Below are positions 35,247-45,467 of a stretch of 64,000 nucleotides of DNA, piece after piece; within the stretch, counting starts at the first letter, position 1, and the number at the start of each line of letters is the position of its first letter. The notes beneath the pieces are model-generated. The model saw only the letters and a list, made by a program, of their open reading frames with translations. It did no database searches and was not told the DNA's origin. Location of the stretch: NCBI GenBank assembly GCA_001662655.1, contig KV460212.1; one strand, 5' to 3'. Source of the DNA: Pseudogymnoascus verrucosus (lineage: Eukaryota). The position numbers and the translations under genes are program-made.

Positions 35247-37532
35247 ATGCGCCTCCTGGGAAGCTTCGCTCTTTTGGCTGTACCCCTCTTTGGGAAAACC
35301 AGTGCCACTCCTATTGCTCCAAGAAGTGGCACTAGCACTGAGAGTATTACTTACATCACTCCAATATGGGAGGGAGCTCTTGCTTCTCACACGAGGAGCG
35401 ATGACCTTGCCGTCCTTTCAACCATGAAGACCCTACTGGGCCTCGGTGGAACTTATACCAAGCTAGGCTGGTCTTTCTCGTCCTGGGCACTCAGTCGCGA
35501 TATCCACGGCCCGGACAGTGATTACTCCTTTGACCCGACCAACCTCAACCACATGCTTGATCTAGCCGTTTCTTCTGACCTGCCGATTCTCGTCCACATG
35601 AATAATGGGAGATGGGCAGACTGCTGCACTCCGAATTCAAGCGGGGGCTGGGGCGATGTTCTGCTGGATATCATTGCCGCACAGCCCAACACGACCGTAT
35701 TGAACAGCTCTGGTGGCTCGTTGTTTAGCCATAATGGGGGAAACAACTACTTCACTCTTTCGCGCCTGAATACCGTCTATCGCAACTACAAGAAACGCAA
35801 TATCCAGGCTTCTACCGAAGCAATTGTAGAATGGGCGGCCGCACACCCATCTCTCTTTGTGGGCGTCAGCCTCGACTCCGAAACGATCATGCCGAACAAT
35901 GGAGCAGACTATAACCCACTCGCAACGGAAGAGTGGAGGCAGTGGCTCCAGAACATTGGTATCTACGGCCCAGGTGGAGCCTACTTCGGTCAAGGCCGCA
36001 CCCCCGCGTTCTCGGGCATCGAGTCCTTCAACAGTGCAATGGGAACCACATTCGCCTCCTGGAACGCCCTCCAGCCACCGCCCTCTATCACGCCCGGCCA
36101 GACATTCAGTGAAGAATGGAATCGTTGGCGTGTAACTCTCATCAACCACGCCGTCGCTGATGAGACCTTTTGGATTGCTGAGGCTGGCGTCCCCCGCGCC
36201 CTCGTCTACGGCCATCAAACTCCCCGCCTCGATGACTACGGCTTTGCTGACGCCCTTGAAACCGCAACAGCCGCAAACGGCGCGAGCGGTGTCACGTACT
36301 ACGCCTGGACTCCCAGTGATATTGGGCAGGTAGACAATCCCCTACGAGGCACAGGCAAGAACAACTTCGGCGTTTTCGAATTGAACCCGCTCACCACGGA
36401 TGCAACAAGGTCGTATAATACGCTACTCACTCTTGTAAACGACGGCATTAAGGTCATCTGCCCAAACTCGTGGGAATCAGACCAGGCAACCAAAGACCAG
36501 TACGCCCTCTTCGGGTCACCGAACTGGGGCGACACATTTGGACTTGCCCTTAACAAGTTCCTCGCCGACCGCGCCGAGATCCCACGGAACATCCAGCCAC
36601 CGCCTTGGAATCCAGGGAACCGCGTTGTCGATTTCTACGACGCCTTCCCCGCTGCCACCAGCTCGGGGCCGGATAACCATCTAGAACCTGCTGGCTCTGT
36701 CGGAGGTGTCATTCGGAAATCAGTCTACTCTGCTGTTGGTGGAGTTATCAGCTACTCCGTTGCTCTCCCCGCCGTTTCCGGAACACAACGCCTCAATCTC
36801 TGGACCTCAGTCGGAATCCGCGACGGCGCCGGCAACGGCGGTGAATCCACCTTCCAAGTCACTATCAATGGCCAAAACCTCTTCGGCACTGGTCTCCGCC
36901 TCAACAAAAGCTTTTGGGTCTGGAAGCACTGGCTCCCCGCCATGGTCGACGTCACTCCGTGGGCCGGCAGCACGGTAACATTCGCTTTTACGACTACAGG
37001 TGAGAACTACTACGGCTGGACGACATGGGGCGCACCTGCTATCTACGCATCTGCTACTGGCAATGACCTCGCGGCAGGGAAGAGTGTGAGCGTCAGCTCG
37101 TCTGATGGTGCTGGCGCGGGCTGGGACTCGGGGTTCCTCACGGACGGGAACGTGGATGGTGACGTGCGAGGACGCATTGGGTGGTCGTCTGTCTCACACG
37201 CTAGTGCTACTGGGAGCGAGTATGCGAGTGTGGACTTGGGATCTGAGAGGAGTATCGGACGCGTGGTGCTATTTGCGCGTTCTGACCTTGTGGAGGGTAC
37301 GGGATCGGGGTTTCCAGTTGATTTCAAGATTCAGGGGAGTGGAGATGGGGCAGCATGGAGGGATTTGCTCGTGCAAACGGGGTTTCCAGCGCCGTTGGCT
37401 GGGGAGGGATTGGTATTTGCGTTTCCTAGTGCGAACGCGAGGTGGGTGAGAGTTGTGGCGAGTAAGTTGGGTGGGGTAGGGGGTGAGAATTGGTATAGGA
37501 TGCAGTTAGGGGATTTCCAAGTTTACGCGTGA
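35247..37532 (+). CDS. Secreted multi-modular glycoside hydrolase: GH42-like clan-A catalytic domain + NPCBM/NEW2-like module + F5/8 type C (CBM32) module
   Basis: Signal peptide MRLLGSFALLAVPLFGKTSA. Catalytic-like motifs: VSLDSE (cf. GH42 WHVDNE), EEWRQWL..FNSAMGTTFASWNALQPP and FGVFELNP. SVGIRDG..STFQVTINGQ..VDV..WGAP is NPCBM-like. DLAAGK..LTDG..VDLG..FPVDFKIQGS..ARWVRV is CBM32-like. Intronless. Confidence 0.8.
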   Translation: MRLLGSFALLAVPLFGKTSATPIAPRSGTSTESITYITPIWEGALASHTRSDDLAVLSTMKTLLGLGGTYTKLGWSFSSWALSRDIHGPDSDYSFDPTNLNHMLDLAVSSDLPILVHMNNGRWADCCTPNSSGGWGDVLLDIIAAQPNTTVLNSSGGSLFSHNGGNNYFTLSRLNTVYRNYKKRNIQASTEAIVEWAAAHPSLFVGVSLDSETIMPNNGADYNPLATEEWRQWLQNIGIYGPGGAYFGQGRTPAFSGIESFNSAMGTTFASWNALQPPPSITPGQTFSEEWNRWRVTLINHAVADETFWIAEAGVPRALVYGHQTPRLDDYGFADALETATAANGASGVTYYAWTPSDIGQVDNPLRGTGKNNFGVFELNPLTTDATRSYNTLLTLVNDGIKVICPNSWESDQATKDQYALFGSPNWGDTFGLALNKFLADRAEIPRNIQPPPWNPGNRVVDFYDAFPAATSSGPDNHLEPAGSVGGVIRKSVYSAVGGVISYSVALPAVSGTQRLNLWTSVGIRDGAGNGGESTFQVTINGQNLFGTGLRLNKSFWVWKHWLPAMVDVTPWAGSTVTFAFTTTGENYYGWTTWGAPAIYASATGNDLAAGKSVSVSSSDGAGAGWDSGFLTDGNVDGDVRGRIGWSSVSHASATGSEYASVDLGSERSIGRVVLFARSDLVEGTGSGFPVDFKIQGSGDGAAWRDLLVQTGFPAPLAGEGLVFAFPSANARWVRVVASKLGGVGGENWYRMQLGDFQVYA

Positions 37533-37754
37533 TGGAGATGATGCTTGGGTGTGCTTGGATTAAAGAGGGATTGATGATATAAGCGCATTGGAAGAGAGAT
37601 GGAGATACCTATAGTTCTCATAATAATTATATCAGAGCTGCACCGTGTTTTGCGCTCATTGAGGGTTGGAACTACACCAGAGATATGAGAAGTAGTAGAT
37701 TTAAGCATACAGCTAACTATATATTTATTATGCAACACATCATGTCATCCACAG

Positions 37755-38680
37755 TTACAGGGATACAACTATAGGCGGCCTCGTTTCTTCATTACGTCGC
37801 CCTCCAACTACAGCGGCATTCACCAGCCTCGTAACCTTCGGCCTTGACCCAATCCATTTCTTGTAAGTCTTGTCAATTAATAGATGGAATACCATCTTAA
37901 TAAGTGGCACTATCCCCTTCTTGCCAAAAACAATATCGTCATACGCCACCTGCACTTGGTCAAAAGCAACAACATCATAACCATACCCAGCATGTATATG
38001 CCCAAATACAACCAGCGGAAGCTTCGTTGGCTGCAATTCCTTTAGTAGATATTCATTGCCCAGTGCATTTGCGTCGAGATGCCACTTTGGCGGGCCGTGG
38101 GTGAGCAGAATATCCATGTCGGGTGGCACAACTCCCGTCCAAACATTGCGGATTGGAGGATATTGGAAGGCCCAGTTTCCAAATTGCTTGGTGGAGGGTG
38201 CTCAGTATATCTTTAGCTTACGCCCGTTATCGAAGTTAAGATCAACAGAACTATCTTGGAGATAGATAATACTACCCCATTGTAGGTCTGAGCGGCTGCT
38301 ACCAGGTCTCTCAAATATGCGTTCTGGAAAGCCGTCGACGAAGACAGGATCTAGGAGCAGGTCGTAGTTGCCTCCGATGACTATCTTGTGCTTGTGGGGT
38401 TGGGTATTTAACCAATCTAGTTGAGCCTGGATCTCATTGAAGGAGCCGTTTTGAGAGATGTCTCCCGCGTGGAGTAGGAGATCTCCATCTTGAAGTTCGG
38501 GCTGGGTGGTGTGCGTGTCTGATATACAGACGACGGCTATTGGGTCCACAAGTTGCGGTAGTGAGATTGGTGAACGCCATCTATATAATGTCCCAGCCAG
38601 GGAAAGTATCCATCGTCTGTGGAAGGTGCTCCACCGACTATGGGGGTGCAGAGGAAGGCGGTTGTTCGTGTTATCACAAA
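37755..38680 (-). pseudogene. Calcineurin-like metallophosphoesterase (MPPED/239FB type) pseudogene
   Basis: VVCISDTH, LLHAGD, GNYD (the family has GNHD), LLTHGPP and VFGHIH lie in one frame. An in-frame TGA at 38202-38204 replaces the Gly of IYG[S/A]P. No in-frame ATG is seen upstream, so the 5' end is approximate. Confidence 0.8.
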
Positions 38681-39193
38681 TATTCAGCGTTGATGTCCTC
38701 GACAATCAGCTGTCGTATAGTTAAATCTTCCTACATATGTAGAATATGGCGGCACGATTGCACTCATAAGCATTTTTCTGATTGCTGCCTATTCTATAGA
38801 AATGCATTCAAACACGGTGAACTGTTCCAACAGTTGGACCGCCTTCGTTAGTCCTTCAGCCTCGTCGTTGGAAGCTTGCTAATCAACGGCCCCCATTGGC
38901 CCGCCCACCCCACCCAATTCCTCCCGACAGCCGCGGCGGGCGGCGCTCCACCCACCGACGGCCTCCAAAAAAGTTCCCAGGAACCACCACCAATCCAATC
39001 CCCCAATCATCACCATCCAACACAGGATCTCAAGCTCCCACGCCTACCAAAACGAATACTCCCGCGTGGTAAACAAAGCCCAACCCTCAAGCTGCATCCG
39101 CGACGCACTTGTACCGCACCCTCGACCCAAACAGTGGTCGAATTACACATCTCCGCCATCCCAACCACGCTCCGCCGCGAGCTTATAAACACA

Positions 39194-39622
39194 ATGTCAA
39201 CACCACGCATCCTCTCTCTCTTCGCGCGCGCCATCCCCCGCACCTCCCGCGCCATCGCAACATCTCCACGAACTGTCCTCCGCGCTGCCCCCCGCCGTCT
39301 TCCCCTCGCATACAGGCCATACTCCTCCACGCCCACCTCGGCGGCCGCCCCCGCGCAACCCGCTGAGGACGCGCTATCCCACCTCTCCCCCGCCGAACAA
39401 CGCATCCACAACTCACTCTCCGCGGGCCTATCGCCCTCGTCTCTGCACGTTCAGGATGTCTCAGGGGGGTGTGGGAGTATGTTCGCGATCGAGATTGCGA
39501 GTAGTGCGTTTACTGGGGTTGGGATGCTGGCGCAGCAGAGGATGGTTAATAAGTTGCTCAAGGAGCAGATGGATGAGGAGGGGTGGCATGGAGTACAGAT
39601 TAAGACTAGTGCTACTGCTTGA
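39194..39622 (+). CDS. BOL3: Mitochondrial BolA-family protein (Bol3/Aim1/BOLA3 type)
   Basis: Arg-rich presequence from ATG 39194, then VQDVSGGCGSMF..F..QQRMVN..WHGVQIKT. Confidence 0.85.
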   Translation: MSTPRILSLFARAIPRTSRAIATSPRTVLRAAPRRLPLAYRPYSSTPTSAAAPAQPAEDALSHLSPAEQRIHNSLSAGLSPSSLHVQDVSGGCGSMFAIEIASSAFTGVGMLAQQRMVNKLLKEQMDEEGWHGVQIKTSATA

Positions 39623-39979
39623 GTTGGTGGTGGAAGAGATGTATGATAGATTGGGAGGCGGGGTGGTGTACAAGAAAGAGATGGAAAACTGGTGGGCCAG
39701 CAGGGGACGGTTGTATTTATAACTAGACTGTCGAGTGTATGCTGAAATTGTTCATGAATAATGCAGATGGGTACTCTAACAATTGTGAAGTCTGATTTTC
39801 CTTATTACAAATGCTTTTTATGTCGAATGGCGTCCCTTGGACCGCCCTCTTTCCCCGGTCACGGCTTCCAGTACACTTGTCTACAATAACGTGTACTGGG
39901 TGACATAGCTTTTAGAAAGCCCTCAAAGCCTTTCCTCCAAAACTAGCTATATTTTAAACTCACTGTGTCATTGCATCAT

Positions 39980-42152
39980 TTACATGCTGTAATCGTTAGT
40001 ATCTACACACACAGAATCAACATAGAGAATAAACATACCGCTCCACAGGGCTCAATCCCAGCAGCCTCATTCCATTGTTCAGCACAACCCTCGCCGAATC
40101 ATACAGCGCCATCCTCGCCTTCATCAGCTCCGCCTCCGAGCCAACAATGCGGAGGTGATCGTAACTCGAGCTGAGAGTGTGCGTCATCTTGAACAGGTAC
40201 GTCAGAACCGTCGTCGGCTCCAGCGTCCTCAGCGTGTTGTTAACGACATCTGGGTACTGGGAGATGACACGGATGAGGTTCTGCGCGTGCGGCTCCGTCA
40301 GCAGCGACAGGTCCGCGCCGGCAATCTCCTCGGGGCTCAGCGCCGCCTTGCGGGTGATAGAGCAGAGACGGGCGTGCGCGTACTGGAGGTATGGGCCGGT
40401 GTCACCCTCGAAGGAGGTCATGGCCTCCATGTTGAAGGTGTAGTTGTTGATACGCTTTCCGGACATGTCCTGGACCATGACGGAGGAGATACCAAGGATA
40501 TCGGCGACGGCCTCGGGGTCGGCCACTTGCTCGTACTTGGCCTCGTTCTTGCGCATGACTTCGTGCATCTTGTCGCCGACGTCGCGGAGGATGTCGTCGA
40601 GGAACTTCACGGTACCACGGCGGGTGCTCATGCCGAGGACCAGGCCGAAGTTGATGTGCTGCACCTTGGCGGCGAGCTCCTTGTAGCCCATCAGCTCGAT
40701 AATCTTGAAGAGCTGCTTGAGATGCAGGTCCTGCGCCGACGCGACGACGTAGATCATGTGGTCGAAGTTGTATTTATCGACACGCTGCTGGATCTCACTG
40801 ATATCACGGGTGAGGTACAGCGCTGTGCCGTCCTTCTTCTTGATAACAGGTCGCTCCAACGCCTTGCCAGCCTTTCCAGGCACGTGCTTCGCGAAGTCCA
40901 CGATGACAGCTCCCTCCGACTCCTCAGCAATGCCCATCTCCTCCATCTTCTTGCCCGTCTGGGCCATGCGCTCCTCCTTAACCTGAGACTCTCCCGAGTA
41001 GTCGTCGAAGTGGATGTTCAACCTAGCGTACGTCTCCTTGTACCTCTTGATGCTGAGCTCACGGAAGCGGGCCCATTGTGCAATAGCCTTCTCGTCGTTG
41101 TCAGTCATGGCCTTGAAGTATTTGCGAGCCTGCTCATCAATGCCGGTATCTTTGATCTTCTGTGCCTCGTCCTTCTTGCCGGCCTCCTCAAGCGCCTTAA
41201 TCTCGTCCTTCTCCTTTGTCATATCCGTGTTGATCTTAACGTAGATCTCGTAAAGGTGGTTAATAGGATCCGCCTTCAGCGCTTCCTCGTTACCGTACTT
41301 CTCAAATCCGAGGGCCAGTAATCCGTACTGCTTGCCCCAGTCTCCAAGATAGTTTATACGGACAACATCCCAACCCGCGCTTTCGTATAGGTTCGAGAGG
41401 AAGCCACCGATGATTGTGCTTCGGAGATGTCCAGCATGGAAAGGCTTCGCAATATTCGGCGACGAGAACTCCACGATAATCTTCTTCTTTCCCTTCGACG
41501 GGTCCGCCGGGTCCTTCAGCCCATTGTTCGGGTTGCTACCAAACGTCTTTTGGCTCTTGAGAATCGTCGGCAGCAGGATCTGCGCCAGCTTGTCGACCTT
41601 GAAGTAGAACTGCAGGAACGGGCCTCCCGCAACAGGCTTCTGCACCAGTGCCGTCTCCTCAAACTATTCCGCCGTTAGCATCACTCCGTCAGCCCCAAAC
41701 AAGGCCGCGCATACCTTTGCCGCCCACTCCTCAGCAAGCTCATTCGGCTTTTTGCCCTTCACACGCAGCGCGGCGACGGGCAGAACCATATCACCCTTCT
41801 CAAGTGTTTGCGTCCACTGCAGCGAGGGGTACACTATCGAACGGTCCACGCCAGTGATCTCGGACAGGATGGACGTGATGTGCGCCCTGTAGATATCGAC
41901 CGGGTTGATCTCCGGGTAGCAATTCGGGTAGGCATCGAGCGAGCCCTTCAGTCCGAGGGATTGCAGGCTGGTGGCCAGCTCATCGGCGTTGGCGTGTGCC
42001 ATGTTGATGTATGCGCGCTTTGGCGGGGTAGTATAGGCGCGGTGGGCGAGGGGTTTCCAGAGTCTTTTGCGCGTGTACTTTGGCAGATTCGAAAGGGTTC
42101 GTGGGAGTGTGTGTCGTGTAGCGCGCAGGAGGGTTTGGGGTAGGATGTTCAT
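39980..42152 (-). CDS. RRS1: Arginyl-tRNA synthetase (class I) with an N-terminal mitochondrial-like extension
   Basis: VEFSSPNIAKPFHAGHLRS, NYLGDWGKQ, LYLTRD, GMSTRRG, GDTGPYLQYAHARL and C-terminal PVERM. Introns 41664-41714 and 39987-40038. Confidence 0.96.
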
Positions 42153-42439
42153 GAACCCGGAGCTGTTCGAGGCGTGGGGTATTTAAGAGTTAGCGGGCGC
42201 AAAAGTTCTGTGATGAGTCAATTGGTGGTCGTGGGACCCTCCTGCCCCTCTCGTCCAAAAATATTTCGTCGTCACGATTTCGGGTTCGGGTGGTCCGTGC
42301 ATTGTGCGTTGATATCAGTGACGCTTCTTCAGGTTGACTCAAAAACAAAGTATGGAAGAGATTTTATGCGACAGTCACTTAGAGACAGGAAGAAGCCTAT
42401 AGAGATCATTACCGGTTGGAGAGTCTGTAGTAACAGTAA

Positions 42440-42640
42440 TTAAATTTATTATAATAGTCACCTAAAAGTAAGAAAATGCTTTAAGGCTCTATTTGGGGTT
42501 TGATAATTTATAGCGACTATAAAAAATATGAAGCCTTTTAATCATTTAGAAATATAATTATTATAATAGTCACTAAAAGGCAAGAAATAGAGCAAATATA
42601 AATAAAACGGGATATTTTAATTACGGGTATTATTTTCGAA
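42440..42640. repeat. AT/TpA-rich patch with a ~30-bp direct repeat
   Basis: ttattataatagtcac(c)taaaag(t/g)(a/c)aagaaa at about 42447-42477 and 42558-42587, in very AT-rich context. Confidence 0.6.
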
Positions 42641-42736
42641 TTTTTCGAGGTTGGCCTTGATGGGTATAAGCTTCTATGACAGCCCGCCGACCTAGCCTAA
42701 CCAGCACCATATATCCCGCCCAGCTCCCGCCCAGCT

Positions 42737-45050
42737 TCACCGGACGATCCAGAACCCTGGGTCTTGTCGACCAAATCCCTCCCGGTGCCTCTCTGGGAGA
42801 GGTAGAACCACCGGCAGAGGGAGAACGTCCGATGCGATGATACACGGTGTCTTTCGCTTGACACAGCCAGTGCAGGCTATGGCTGGGTTGCTCTGACACT
42901 CGTGTGCCCCGTTGCGCTCGATTGTCAGCTTCAGCGATCTACGGTTAATGCAAGAGTCAACTTTGGTACGCGAGGGTCTTGCCCACCCTGCGACCCCATC
43001 TTCACTGCTGCCAAACCTCCTCCTCCAGGTCAGTTTCCAGTTCTCAACCACCTCGACCATCTGCTGGGGTCCAGTTGCGGTATCGCCGTCTTTCACCCCC
43101 ACTCCTGTTCCAGCGAGGGAAGCAAAGTCTGGCGCGGTTCCGTCAGTCTCCTGGGTGGCATCTTCCACTCGAGCCTCATCCTGCAACGAGGTGAGAGACT
43201 GTTCTCTGGTTGAAGAGATGCCGGAGTTCGATACTATCGAGTTGTCCGGGGTGATCAGAGCAACGAGCTCAGCTTCTTCACGCTCGAGTTTGGCCACCGT
43301 CTCCTAGAGGTTATCGTGCACTATGGTACACGTTAGTAATAAGGGGGATTGCAACGAGAAGACTCACTTACCTGTCTGGAGTTCTGTCTTCTCCGCTTTC
43401 ATGGTATCCACCTCCCCTCCAACCCCAAGATCCGCCAGCGCTGTACGTCCGACTGGTCTTTTGTTGACCCGAGTTGGGACAACTGCTGCTCTTGTGTGGC
43501 AGCGCGTTTCTTTGTCGTCTTGAATACCCTGATGACGCGGGTTATGATCTCATTCGTGGCTTCGAGGAGAGGCTTTCCATCCACCTTGACTTGATCTTGT
43601 ATGGTTTCGCGCCTTAGCAGACTAATTTCGTTTAGCATATCGTTCATGTCAAGATTGAGTATATATTCATACCTTAGTTACTTATATATTTAGTCGCAAA
43701 TAGAATCCAACTCCCCTCGTTATGTATCGCTCGTTGCAGTCAAGGAATCGAGCTTCTTTTTCATACTCGAGATGTCCCGGTCGAGAGCCTAGATTCTCGA
43801 GTTTGCTGCCACAGAGTTTCCCTTCAGACTCTCATCAGTCTTGCTTCGTTAATTCCCTTCCTTGTCGATCCCAGGTTCCTCTTCAGATTGTCATTATCCA
43901 TTCGCAGTTTGTTGAATTAGATCTTTGTATCTGTGGCGTCGCGATCTAAGCTGGCGATTTTCGAGTTGGCTGAGGCTAGATTCTTCCTCAGACCCTCGTT
44001 TTCAATTCGCAGTTTGTCGAATCTTGCACTTGGATTAGTAGCTTCGGTCTTAAGAATCTTGATCGCTTTGTTCGCGTCATCGGTGGTTGAGTTTGCCAAT
44101 TTCAATTCCCCTTTCAGGGTCTCATTCTCCATTTGCAGTCGAGTAAGTTTTGTCTTTGCATCGATGGCTTCGCGCTCGAGAGTTTCCGTTGCTGTACTTC
44201 GATTGCCGATTTTAGGGCTCGCTAATGCCAATTCTCCTTTCATAGTCTCGTTCTCTACTCGCAATTGTGGAATTAGGTCCGCAACTCAGCTGAATTACGG
44301 CCGAGAGTTTCGTTTGTGATGCTCATATTGCCGATTTTCGAGTTTGCCGACGCCAGTTCCCTTCTCGCGGTCTCATTGTCCATCTGCAGCTTGTCGAATC
44401 GGATTTTCGTATCTGCGATATTACGCTCGAGGATCTTGTTTGCTTCGGCCATTTTTTTGGCCGTCGAATTCGCTGACGACAAATCTGTCTTCATACACTC
44501 GTCGTCCACCCGTAATTCGGCGATCAACGAGTTGACCTTGGCCAACTTTCTCTCGAGTCTCTTGACTCTTCTTCTCGAGTTTCCATCTCTTGGTTTCGAG
44601 CTCTTGGTTTTCCGTCGTTATGATGTCGAGGTGCATCTTCAATTCCTCCTTGACATATTCCAAATCTCTGTTTGAAGAGCGAAGGTCTTCGGCGATCTCT
44701 CTCCTGAGGTTGCCTAGTTCCACTCCAAGCATCTAGTCTGTGAGTTCGCGGCTTCTCTGCCGGCATTGCGGCCTCGTCGTCACGAGCGATGTTGCGCTCT
44801 AGTATCTTCTCACGAGCTTTCCTTGCTCCTTCGTTGAGATTGGTTGCTCGCACTGCATCTGAAGTATTCGGGGTGAGCAACCCCTTCAACTCGAATGTCA
44901 TCGAATTGTATCTTGTCACGGGCTCGTGGCGTCTCTCGTACGCATCCCTTTCCTGGGATGGCGAGTCCCGTGCGAAGGTGTTGGTGAAATGGTGTATAAT
45001 CCAGCCAAATTGAGGATTGACGCGACTTGATAGTCTTCCTGCCCCACATG
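42737..45050 (-). pseudogene. Fragmented coiled-coil repeat protein gene with a Cys-containing C-terminal domain
   Basis: Consecutive ORF pieces in different frames (44524, 44421, 44273, 43917, 43399, 42737) share ~42-aa heptad repeats (L..(E/D)NE...ELA.ANS). Intron-like segments lie at about 43627-43674 and 43321-43371. The C-terminus reads HECQSNPAIACTGCVKRKTPC..VLPLP..FWIVR. Several frameshifts and stops; boundaries approximate. Confidence 0.7.
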
Positions 45051-45467
45051 TTGAGCAGAGGAGGTCGGGGCGGTGTGGGTGTTGTGGGAGGTTCAAGTGT
45101 GATGTGTTGTGAAAGTGTTGTGTATTGTGTGAAGTGAAAGATGTTATGTGCAGTAAAGGCGTTGTTGTTTATGGTGTAAGTGGTGAGTTTATCTCGTTGT
45201 GACAGCAAGCGCGAGTGGCACATCTTCACCGACTAGGTATTATCTTGACTAAAATTATAATTAATGGATCTCTGATACAGATAGTGCCACTGATATTAAG
45301 TATCCCCGTACCCGATCTATCTCATATACAGCCAATTCCCCATATGTATATTATAACCCCCCGCCCCCTATACTCAGCAACTTCAAACATCCTCCCAAAT
45401 TCCAAATCCCCAAACCCAAACGCCACCCAACGAATTCAATCACTCACTAAATCCACACACACCCCTA

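Noticed and set aside
40155..41321. 388-aa plus-strand ORF
   Set aside because: Antisense shadow of the strongly codon-biased ArgRS gene.
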